A stretch of DNA of 64,000 nucleotides from Emiliania huxleyi CCMP1516. Taxonomy: Eukaryota. The notes below the pieces were generated by a model. That model made no database searches and had not been told where the DNA came from. It saw only the letters and a program-made list of their open reading frames with translations. The position numbers were made by a program, and so were the translations under genes. Each line of letters begins with the position of its first letter. Position 1 is the first letter of the stretch. Of the stretch, positions 1-9,686 are shown in pieces. Location of the stretch: positions 62,001-126,000 of the forward strand of contig NW_005201176.1 in NCBI RefSeq assembly GCF_000372725.1. Direction: 5' to 3'.

Positions 1-87
1 GCCCACCGAGGGGCCGAGCTTGGTGCGGACTGTGGTGGCTGCTGCTTCACCTCTTGGCCGGTGCAAAGCGACGTGTTGCGAAATAGG

Positions 88-284
88 TTGAGTGGGGCGG
101 CTGCTTCTACATCTACCACGACATGTACGAGGACGGCCGCTATGGCGTGCTCTTGGCGCCGAGCATGCACAAACCATGGGAGTGCGACGGGTGCCGTGAA
201 CAGCGCCTGACTAACGTCGCGGTCTCTGTGAGCATAGGCACGGGCCATGGCGAACAGAGGAGGGACTTCACGTGCCAGACCTGA
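88..284 (+). CDS. Possible last exon of an unknown gene running in from the window edge
   Basis: After AATAG an open frame reads VEWGGCFYIYHDMYEDG...WECDGC...FTCQT then TGA. No family recognised; coordinates approximate. Confidence 0.25.
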
Positions 285-458
285 CGCGACACGCGACGGT
301 GATCCACATGCCGCGAGCCCGCGCAAGCGCGCTGCTCGGGCGCGCCGAGGCGGCTGGGAGGGGGAGAGAGGAGGACCAAAGGTGGCGCAAGAAAATAAGA
401 AAGTAGAACGGTCAAGCTATGGTGGAGACAGACGCACATACAGAGAGTGCGGTCAGTA

Positions 459-461
<3 letters not shown>

Positions 462-521
<60 letters not shown>
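462..521. repeat. (CT)n microsatellite
   Basis: About 60 bp of uninterrupted CT dinucleotide. Confidence 0.97.
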
Positions 522-523
<2 letters not shown>

Positions 524-565
524 GCCAGGCGGTCATCGGCGGCTTGAATCAATGTCCGCAGGGGG

Positions 566-1042
566 CTTAGGGGACCCCTAGGGTTCTGAGGGCCGGATTT
601 TTTGAAGACCTTTTAAAAGAAACGAGGAGGTTTGGGGGCTCAAGAGATTGCAGGCACGGGGGGTCCCTCGTTTAAGACCGTTTAAGAAAATCGGCCTCGC
701 CGGCATGCGTCGCTGGGTTTCGCGCCGTTTTCTCCAATACTGCCGTTATTAGGCACAAACCCGCCTCTGAAGTGTGAAGACACATCTGTAAGAGTCTGGT
801 GCACTGGCAGGAGCCATACTCGCATAGGGGACGCGTGCTAGCTGACTGTAGCCAGCTTCCCGGCCTCCGGCGTGTCTACCGGGAGCCTCCCGGACCATCG
901 ACCTCCCGCACCGTTTAAGCGTTTAAGACCGTTTGAGGAATTGGCGGCCCAGCAGCTCTTAAAACCGGCCTAGGCCGGTTTTAAGCCGTTTAAGCCGCAG
1001 GCGCCCCAGGGCCCACCCTTTTAAGCCTAGGGGTCCCCTAAG
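566..1042. mobile_element. Non-autonomous DNA transposon (MITE), 477 bp, 17-bp TIRs, 8-bp TSD
   Basis: CTTAGGGGACCCCTAGG (566-582) and its exact reverse complement (1026-1042). GCAGGGGG flanks both sides (558-565, 1043-1050). Repeated TTTAAG motifs inside. Confidence 0.9.
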
Positions 1043-1272
1043 GCAGGGGGGGAGGGGGGGGGGGGGGCAAAAGTGAACTCAAAGCGCTCCTTCCGAAACA
1101 ATGAACATTATTAAAACTGTGCTCTGCACACCGTGGCGCGAGCGAAGCTTCAGAACTGGCTTCAGCGGAAACGGGAAAGAACACTCAGATCTCGTGCGAC
1201 ATGCTTCAAATGTCCGTCGTGCGTCGATCGTCCTCGACCTGTCAGCTGGACTTCAACCCCCCCCCCCCCTTC

Positions 1273-2778
1273 TCACTCCCGCGACCACACCTCGATCTTC
1301 TTCGGCAGCAGCTGGTTCAACAGGTCCTCTCCGTGGCCTAGGCGGGCGTCTTCGCCCTCGCCACAGCTCCACACAGCGCCATCGGCGGTGAGGGCGAGGC
1401 TGTGGACTTCCCCTGCCGATACAGCCGCGACGCGCCGCCCCGCAAATGCCTCCACCTTCTTCGGCAGCGACTGGTTCAGCTGATTGCCGTGGCCCAGCTG
1501 GCCACAACGCCCCATGCCCCAGCTCCAGACGGCGCCATCGGCGGTGATTGCCATGCTGTGGCGATCTCCAGCCGACACAGCCACGACGCGCTGGCCAGCG
1601 AAGGCCTCGACCTTCTTCGGCAGCAGCTGGTACTGCTCGTCGCCGTGGCCCAGCTGGCCATAGGGTCCCCAGCCCCAGCTCCAGACGCTGCCGTCGGCGG
1701 TGAGGGCGATGCTATGGTCTGCTCCCGCCGACACGGCGACGGCCCGCTGATCAGCGAAGGCCTCGATCTTCTTGGGCAGCAGCTGGTGCTGCTCGTCGCC
1801 GTGGCCCAGCTTGCCAAAGGCTCCCCAGCCCCAGCTCCAAGCGGCGCCGTCAGCGGTGAGGGCGAGGCTGTGCTGACCTCCAGCCGAGACAGCGACGACA
1901 CGCCGCCCAGCAAAGGCCTCGATCTTCTTGGGCAGCAGATGGTTCTGCGTGTCGCCGTGGCCCAACTCGCCCGAGTCTGCATCGCCCCAGCTGCAGACGC
2001 TGCCGTCGGCGGTGATGGCGAGGCTGTGCACGCCTCCAGCCGACACAGCGACGACGCGCCGCCCAGCAAAGGCCTCGATCTTCTTCGGCTGCCACTGGTG
2101 CTCCTCGTCGCCGTGTCCCAGCTGGCCCTGCCAGCCGCAGCCCCAAGACCAAAGGGCGCCGTCCGCGGAGAGAGCGAGGCTGAAAAGTCCTGACGTCGCC
2201 ACACCAACCGCGCGCTCGCCTCCGAGGAGCGACGGGAGACGGGTTGGCGTCTTCAGCTGCAGCACGCCCTCGCCGTGGCCGAGAAGGCCTGGATCGCCGT
2301 GGCCGAGAGGGCCTGGCAGCTCCACCTCTTCGTCCTCCTCGTCCTCCTCGCCCTCCTCGTCCTCCGCTGACAAGCGGCGCCATCCTCCATTGCCGCACGA
2401 CGAGAGCCGCCCCTCGCCGTCGATGAAGATGCTGTGCCGTGCGCCTGCCGCCAGCCTCGCGGGCGGGTTGGACTCGCACAGCAGCGCAGCGAAGCACAGC
2501 CACCGCACGGCGCAGCTCTCGCCCTCTGGCTGCGCAGGCAGCTCGTAGCCGCGCTCTTGCGCCCAAAGGCGGATTCCCTCCACCGCAAGCGAGGCGTGGA
2601 AGAGAAGCGAGACGGCCGCGACGCGAGCGATGTCGACGGGGCTGTAGAAGTGAGAGAGGGCGCGGACGAGGAGCTCCGTGGGGAGGTCGAGGAGGCGGGT
2701 GGGCGGCGGCGTGTCTGGCGAGGGAGCGGCGGTGGAGGCGGAGGCGAGGCGGCGCGAGCGGCGCGGCGGGGCAGACAT
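1273..2778 (-). CDS. F-box-like + RCC1-repeat protein (intronless)
   Basis: ATG at 2778 (MSAPPRRS). F-box-like RLLDLPTELLVRALSHF, then repeated VSAG..HSLA.TADG.VWSWG....GQLGHG RCC1 units. Confidence 0.9.
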   Translation of the reverse strand: MSAPPRRSRRLASASTAAPSPDTPPPTRLLDLPTELLVRALSHFYSPVDIARVAAVSLLFHASLAVEGIRLWAQERGYELPAQPEGESCAVRWLCFAALLCESNPPARLAAGARHSIFIDGEGRLSSCGNGGWRRLSAEDEEGEEDEEDEEVELPGPLGHGDPGLLGHGEGVLQLKTPTRLPSLLGGERAVGVATSGLFSLALSADGALWSWGCGWQGQLGHGDEEHQWQPKKIEAFAGRRVVAVSAGGVHSLAITADGSVCSWGDADSGELGHGDTQNHLLPKKIEAFAGRRVVAVSAGGQHSLALTADGAAWSWGWGAFGKLGHGDEQHQLLPKKIEAFADQRAVAVSAGADHSIALTADGSVWSWGWGPYGQLGHGDEQYQLLPKKVEAFAGQRVVAVSAGDRHSMAITADGAVWSWGMGRCGQLGHGNQLNQSLPKKVEAFAGRRVAAVSAGEVHSLALTADGAVWSCGEGEDARLGHGEDLLNQLLPKKIEVWSRE

Positions 2779-2921
2779 CGCGAAGAAAAGAATTTCACCC
2801 CGGCTTCGTGCGTTATTTTTTGCGACACACATTTCCGCAGTTTCGAAACACCTGCGGACGCACGCTTTTCTTCTTCTCACATTTTTCCAACAACCGCACA
2901 GAGAGTTGTGCCATCGACGGA

Positions 2922-3506
2922 ATGCTCGCAACGTGGCTATTCGCTGCGCTGCCAGCCTCCTACCTGCCGGGCTACAAGGGCCTCTTCACTCGAGACGGCG
3001 ATCTCATCCGCGACTTGGATAAATACGTCCGCTCGGGTCAGCCGTGCTTCTCGCAGCTGCAGAACGAGGTGAAGAACCCGTTTGCATATGCCAAGACGAG
3101 GTACGGCAAAGAACCCAAGTTTGTTTACCACTATACCGACAATGAGAGCCTCAGGAAGATCTTGAAGTCTGGCGAAATCCTGCCGAGCCTCGAGCAGGAT
3201 GGAGATGCGAAAATGGGCGACGGCGTTTACATGACCACAATCCCTGAGTGGGCGAGCAAGAAGGTCATCCTCCGCAACAACTATGACGGTGCTGCGCTCA
3301 AGGACGAGTACAGCCGCCGCGCAGAGGCTTTCATCCGCATCCCATTCGAGGATCTGGACAATTACTTGGCCTGGGCGGATGGAGAGTTTCAGACTGACAA
3401 GCGCAGCGTCTTTTGCATCGGCGGCGCCCGCCCGTTGCGGCTGCGCTGGCGGCGTGGCAAGCTGACCTCGATCAAGGTGTACAAGTACGCATTCAGCGTT
3501 CACTGA
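2922..3506 (+). CDS. HYD1-type ADP-ribosyltransferase-fold protein (Tox-ART-HYD1-like), 194 aa
   Basis: ATG at 2922. Motifs VYHYT..ESLRKILKSGEILPS...DAKMGDGVYMT and NNYDG match the HYD1 ART pattern as recalled. Confidence 0.75.
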   Translation: MLATWLFAALPASYLPGYKGLFTRDGDLIRDLDKYVRSGQPCFSQLQNEVKNPFAYAKTRYGKEPKFVYHYTDNESLRKILKSGEILPSLEQDGDAKMGDGVYMTTIPEWASKKVILRNNYDGAALKDEYSRRAEAFIRIPFEDLDNYLAWADGEFQTDKRSVFCIGGARPLRLRWRRGKLTSIKVYKYAFSVH

Positions 3507-3830
3507 GCACGTCGCGCGCGCTCGCGCTGCTCATCCTCCGGTACACTGTATAACGGTCCCATTCCGCCTCACGTTCACCCGCACCTCCCGCCCGTTGAAG
3601 AATTTCGCCTGGCAGGAAGCCGTCGCCTGCGCCTTGTGTGCCTTTCTTTCTCGCGTGCAGTCTGGTGTTTTTCTTTTTTGCTGTCCGCATCTGCGAGCGG
3701 GTTCTTTACCAGGTTGCAACCCCTGTTCCGCACTGTGCTGTGAACGCTGCTGGTTGCCGCCGGTTGAGCAGCACCCCGTCCCCATCCTGGGGTTGTTGGT
3801 TGCTGCCCCAGGTCCCGCACTATGTAGGTG

Positions 3831-3916
3831 CACTGCTTCAGCAGCGTACACCTCGATCCTGTACCGTGTTTGTTATATAAACCCCCCCAATGAACACACC
3901 AGTGAGGGAGGGCGAG
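3831..3916 (+). mobile_element. Retroposon 3'-region fragment (AGTGCTCA-tail family), tail missing
   Basis: CACCTCGATCCTGTACCGTGTTTGTTAT...AATGAACACACCAGTGAGGGAGGGCGAG matches the copies at 13856, 38744, 44400, 46697, 51749 and 53365. Confidence 0.8.
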
Positions 3917-3988
3917 CGCACCGTGATATCCTCGTCGGCATCCGCGCGGGGGCGCCCTTCTGCTGGCCCCTGGCGGCCCGCCACGTAG

Positions 3989-4687
3989 GTGCGACGTGTC
4001 GCCGAAACATCGGTTCAAAACGACGTTCACAGCGCCAATTCGGCCCCAGCTCTTCGGCTCGCTCCCCTCGCCGGTGGCGTCGACATAAGCCTGGGGCTTC
4101 AACCCGGCCCGCGCGGGAGTTTGGTGTGGCTCGGCGGCTACAAGCGCAAGTGGGCAAACGCTTCCTTCTGGGCCTCCGAGCTGAATCGCGACAACTGGGG
4201 GTGGCGAATAGTGAGCGGCACTTGTGGCGGCCACGCCTTCAAGCTGGGGCGGGGCGGCTTTCGCAAGTGCGAGGAGCTCGAGATGGAGGTGCGGATGTCT
4301 AGCGCCACGTTTGAGGTCGGAAATTGGACCTTCACCGCGCTTGGAAACCACGTGTACAACCGTCTCTACGGCCCGCACCACCGCTTGGACCTGGAGATCA
4401 ATGCGAAGGGCGACGCGGCAGCCCGCTATTCTCCGCACGGCATCATCGGGCAGTCCTTCGCCCATCGGGAACCACGCAACGGCTCCGTCGATCACTATCC
4501 TGACGCGGGCGACTTTACGACCTCGGCTATGGCCGAAGGGGCCATCGAGGGCGAGGCCTCAGCTTACGAGGTTGCAACGGCGCACGCGACTCACTTTGCC
4601 TTCTCGCGGTTCGACTCGAACGTACAGGCTGTGTATCCCGAATCACAACGAGCGGGGGAGATCATCGATGCAGCGGCCGCAGAGTGA
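3989..4687 (+). pseudogene. 5'-truncated gene with a root-cap/VWD-like C-terminal domain
   Basis: RLDL...PHGIIGQSF...AEGAIEG..Y.V....FAFSRF resembles the Root_cap-type C-terminus. No proper ATG; the upstream part abuts the retroposon fragment. Confidence 0.5.
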
Positions 4688-5388
4688 GTGGCAGACTGGT
4701 AATGGTTCGTGCTCTCTCTGTTCCTTGAGTTGGCGATGAGAAAGGTTTTTCGCGTGCGGACTACTGGGCCTGCGGAGGCGTGGGCTGCCGCACGCTCGGC
4801 GAGCTGCGCGACTGCGTCGACGCGAGGCAGGCAGGCAGGTGAAAGCAGCGCAAGGCAGAAAGAAGAAAGGCTGTGCGTGAAGGCTTTGGGTGGGGGACCG
4901 GCTCACGATCCGGACCACCGATGCTGCGTGTGGCACTAGTGCACGACAGCACGTGACCCGAGTGTGCCACGCGCGAGGTGTCTCAGCAGGATCCAGCTCA
5001 CTGTGTGCATGACTCAATCCTCGGTGACTAGAGATCAAGGAATGCAACTTAAAATGCACAAAATTGCGTGGTGTGTGTGCACTGCGTTTTGCTTCTTTTC
5101 TGCCCATGCAAACAACCCACGCCAGGCCGGGGCCGTCTCTCCCAGCAACCACACGCGCCTAGTCGCGTGGTGGGCAGAGGCGAGAGATGCACACTGCAGT
5201 GCAACACGTGTCCCAGCGACCGGCGCGCGATCTCCACCTCGACGCTCGAGCGCCTCTGCGCGGGTGCGCCCGAAGAAGCTGCAGACCTCCATCGATGCGA
5301 GCCCAGCGCCTCGAACCCAGAAAACGAGAGTGCACACGCACACCCGCACCAGAGTCGCCCGCTCTCCCGGCGCACTGTCACGAAAGTG

Positions 5389-7351
5389 TCAGCTCCCGCC
5401 GCGTGCCTCGATAGTGGCAGCAAAGTGGAGCAGCTCCTCCTCGCTGTCGCTGCGGCTCGCGCCCGAGCAGTGAAAGGAGCACGCGCTGCTCGCGCGGGGC
5501 CCCTCGGCCGGCTGCGCCGCGAGTCGCGCCTCGAGCAGCGCCACGCCCCGCGCGAGGCAGGCCTGGCTCTCCCTGACCTGTGCGAGCAGCGCCATCACGT
5601 CGCCATCCGAGGACGAGGGTCGCAATGGCGGCGGGTCGAGCGCCGCGGCAGCGGCGACCCTCGACAGCGCCTCGCCTCGCACGGGCGGCTGTGCCGCCCC
5701 CTCCTCTGCAGTCTCCGAGATGGCGCTCACCGTCGAATGCGTCGGCGCCGGGGCGCCGTGCAGCGAGCTGAAGGTGCTGGAGCGCACCACCGTGACGGCG
5801 GGCGCGGCGGGGGTCGGAGGTATCCTTGGAAGGCACGGCGTGGTCTGGCTCGCACGCGGCGGGGCCCGGACCAGCAGCCGGCCGGGCGCGAGCGCCTCGG
5901 AGCGCGAGGCCTGCTTGAAGACGCCGATGCACCGCTTGTGCGCCGCCGGAGGGCCGAGACCGCCGGCGGCGCTCCGTCCCGAGTGCCGCAGTTCTGCCTT
6001 GTCGTTCCACCGGATCTGCTCCCGGTGGAATTCGCGGTCCGACGAGCGCAGGCGGCGCCGCTCCGGCGTGGCGAGGCGGCTGCCGGTGGGCGGCGCGCGG
6101 CTGCCGGCGGCGCCGAGGCTGAGCACGCCGTGCTCCGCGAGCCACTCGACGTCGAGGTCGGGGAAGATATGGTGGCAGTACTCGAAGAAGGTGATGCCGC
6201 CCGAGCGGCTCTCATCGAGCAGGCGGAAGAGGCGGCGTGCCTGCGAGGGACAGTGGAGGTGAGGGGCGGTGGGGGCGAGAGGGGCGGTGGAGGCGAGAGG
6301 GGAGGTGGAGGCGAGAGGGGCGGTGGGGGCGAGAGGGGCGGTGGAGGCGAGAGGGGAGGTGGAGGCGAGAGGGGCGGTGGAGGCGAGAGGGGCGGTGGAG
6401 GCGAGAGGGCGAATGCGACGTCGGGTCGAGAGCGGCGGAGATCGGGGCCAGTGTGCGTGAGGCCAGCCTCGCTCGCCTCAGAGGGTGAGTGATCCAGGCC
6501 GAGGTCCTCGCAAAAGCGGCGGAACTCGAGGTAGTCGAGGTAGCCCGAGCCGTGCGTGTCCGCCTCCTCGAACAGCACCTGAATGCCCGCGAGCGAGATG
6601 TTGCGGTCGATGCACTTGCGCTGCACCTGCAGCAGGCCAGCTCGGGTACATTCGTCCGTTGCTCGGTGGTCTCGGGTGCGCTCTAGGGGTAGTCTCGCCG
6701 CTGCACCTGCAGCACGAACTGCATCATCTCGCGCTCCTCCCAGGCCATCGAGAAGTTGTTGCCGACGATGGCGAGCGGCATCGCGAGCAGGATGATGCCC
6801 GTGATGATGGCCAGCGAGCAGACAACCTTGCCGAGGTGGCTCTCGGGCGAGACGTCGCCGTAACCCACCGTCGTGAAGGTGACGATCATGCACCTGCTCA
6901 CACCCGCATCCGTGAGGAGACGCTGTTCACACCACAGACGGCCGGCGTCGGTGACGACAATGCACCAGATCGCCTCGCCGAGGTCGTTGAAGGGCGTCTC
7001 GCCCGCCGGCGCCGTCCGGTTGTCGTTGGCCGGGACGACGACCAGCTCGATCCGCTCGAGATAGTAGATGACGGCGCCGAAGAAGAAGGCGCCGATGAGC
7101 AGGAATGTGAGAGGCACGAGCAGCGCGCGCATGGAGAGCGAGATCGCGCGGAAGATGACCGTGGTGTCGGGGTTGAGCCTCGCAATCTTGAGGATCCGGA
7201 CCACGCGGAAGCAGCGCAGCACCTCGCTCAGGACCTGCAGTGGGGGTGGTGGTGGCGGCGGCGGCGGCGTGGCGGTGGTGGCGGTGGAGCGGTGGGGATG
7301 GTGGTGGTGGCGGCGGCGTGGTCTCTCGCCACCACGGCGCATTCCTCTCTC

Positions 7352-7445
<94 letters not shown>

Positions 7446-8270
7446 CGCTCGCTCGCTCGCTCGCTCGCTCGCTCGCTCGCTCGCTCCCTCCCTCCCTCGC
7501 TCCCTCCCTCCCTCCCTCCCTCCCTCCCTCCCTCCCTCCCTCCCTCCCTCCCTCCCTCCCTCCCTCCCTCCCTCCCTCTCTCTCTCTCTCTCTCTGTCTG
7601 TCTGTCTGTCTGTCGCAACCTGCAGCACGTTGTCCGAGTCCCCAAGATGGTTGGCGCACTGGTTGACATGTGAGCTGCCCGCGGCGAGGTCGAGCGTCAG
7701 CACGACATAGTCGGGCACGACCGACACCACGTCAACCCACCAGTACGCAGAGAGGCACATCTCGCCCACAGACCGCTTTGAGATGGTCCGCAAGATCAGC
7801 TCGACGGTGAAGGCGCCCGTTAGAGCCCAGCCGGTCAGCCAGAGCGCACAGTCGTCCAGGCTGCGCAGCCCGAATGAGTTTGTCTCGAGCAGCATCATCA
7901 CCACCTGCGCAAAGATGGCCAGCGTCGCCGCCAGCGAGAAGAGGAAGGCGCCGAGCGACGACTGCCAGTCCTCGAGGAATAGCTGGAGGTGGAGCCGCCA
8001 GTCGCGGCTGTGCTTGGCGTACCGCGCCCAGGCGTAGTGCCGCGCTGCGGGCTGATAGTACTCCAAGTCGATGCGGTCGCCGCTCTGTAAGGACTCGCGC
8101 AGCCGGAGCGTGCTCGCCCGCCTCGTCTCGCCGGGCGCCTGCAGCGGCGAGCGCCGCCACTTGTAGGTGAAGGAGCCGTACGCGGCGACGCACGGCTCGC
8201 CTTTGGCTGCCGAACTCAACACGCGCCCTGATAGTCGTCCGCTGGGCGTGGCGTGGGCGAGCTCGACCAT
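5389..8270 (-). CDS. Voltage-gated K+ channel (6TM) with C-terminal EF-hands, multi-exon
   Basis: S1-S3 in the 7620-8270 exon, S4 LRCFRVVRILKIARL, pore TFTTVGYGDV, S6 LAMPLAIVGNNF. EF-hand loops DTHGSGYLDYLE and DESRSGGITFFE. Introns include 7234-7619 (approx.), 6894-6965 and 6627-6706. Start uncertain. Confidence 0.9.
6258..6410. repeat. 18-bp tandem repeat (GAGGGGCGGTGGAGGCGA)n, probably intronic
   Basis: About 8 near-identical units between the two EF-hand exons of the K+ channel. Confidence 0.85.
7354..7613. repeat. Compound microsatellite (CT)n-(CTCG)n-(CCCT)n-(CT)n-(CTGT)n in a K+ channel intron
   Basis: Directly visible. Confidence 0.95.
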
Positions 8271-8424
8271 ATGTGAGGAGCTCCTTCCCCGCTTATTGGA
8301 CGGTGCAACTTCAGCTGTTTTAGGGTCTCGAGGCCTCGAGGTTGATGCCCCGATCCACTGTTTTCTAAGAGCGTCCCGCTCCCCGAGCCCGAGTCCCTTC
8401 CAGCTACCGACGCGATTCTCAATG

Positions 8425-8711
8425 GCACGTCCGCCGCCTTCCGGAGGACCTCACGGACCCCATTCCCGAACCCGCCGAACGACTCGAACGGCAGCAGCTG
8501 CACGTCAACGTCCTTATCTTCCCTCCCTGGCGTAGCGATAGTCCCCACCATAGGACGGTATGCGGCGGTCGCCGCCCACCACCCTGCCCCCCCTGGTATG
8601 CCAGCGCCCGGTCCCTTGCCCTCTCTCGCCCTTGCTCTTCCTCTCCCCCTTCATCCATGCCGCTCCCCCCGTACCCCTCCCCCTCCCCCTCCACCTCTCG
8701 TCCTCCCCTCC
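8425..8711 (-). mobile_element. Fragment of an RLE-clade (CRE/NeSL/R2-like) non-LTR retrotransposon endonuclease region, copy 1
   Basis: Minus strand reads DVQLLPFESFGGFGNGVREVLRKAAD, like the P..FETFGG.G motif of RLE domains. Near-identical copy at 40787-41060. Confidence 0.6.
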
Positions 8712-9553
8712 NNNNNNNNNNNNNNNNNNNNNNNNNNNNNNNNNNNNNNNNNNNNNNNNNNNNNNNNNNNNNNNNNNNNNNNNNNNNNNNNNNNNNNNNN
8801 NNNNNNNNNNNATTCAAAAGATATAATTTGGCCCAATGAAAACTCCATTTTTTCCAAAAAGTGTAAACAAGTTTAAAATGAACCAACGTCTATACTCACA
8901 ATTGGCACGCACTGGCACTAACACAGGTACACCACAGGAACCGCTATGTGTGTGCCGTTTCCGTGCCTAGTAAAAAGAAATCCGCGCTGGCGGCGCCTGG
9001 CGGCGCTCGCCCGCGCTGGCGGCGCTCGCCCGCGCTGGCGGCGCGAGGCGCTGTCGCGCTGTCGCGGCAATCGCGGTGCTCACCGCGCCAGCGATGTGGT
9101 CGTTCAAGCACTGCCCTGCCCGGCACAACCAGGTTAGTGGCACGGCACCCGCGGCGCTCCTGTGCTCGCGACGTGCCCGCGCTGCGCGTCGGTCGCGACC
9201 TACGCGCCGGCGCTCGGCGCACCCAAGTCCAATCTGGAGTTGATCGTTGCTTCCCTTTCGCGAGGCGGTGCGGACTGCCGGAGGCCTCGGTCTCCCCTCT
9301 GCCCGTGCGACTTTCGCTAACTCCCTCAGCGTAGATCGTCTCTCTTCGGCGCGCTCGAGCACGTTTGGCACCAAGAGGCTTTGATTCTTACGACCCTCAC
9401 CCGCCAAGGCAGGTGTGCACTCTGCTAGTACTTGTGTACTCACACCACTACACTGTGGGGTGTGCCCGAGCATGATGTATGTGCGCGTCTGTGTGTGTGT
9501 GGGACAGACGTTGTTGTCCTATGCGCGGGGCTTCCCGCGGGGACCGAAGACGT

Positions 9554-9586
<33 letters not shown>

Positions 9587-9686
9587 AAGAAATCAAGCCA
9601 GAAAAAAGAAAATTAGAATCAATGCCGAAGAGTCGCCGAAAGCTGTTTGTCACGCCTTGTTAGGGCGGCTGCCTTCTGGTTGCTGC

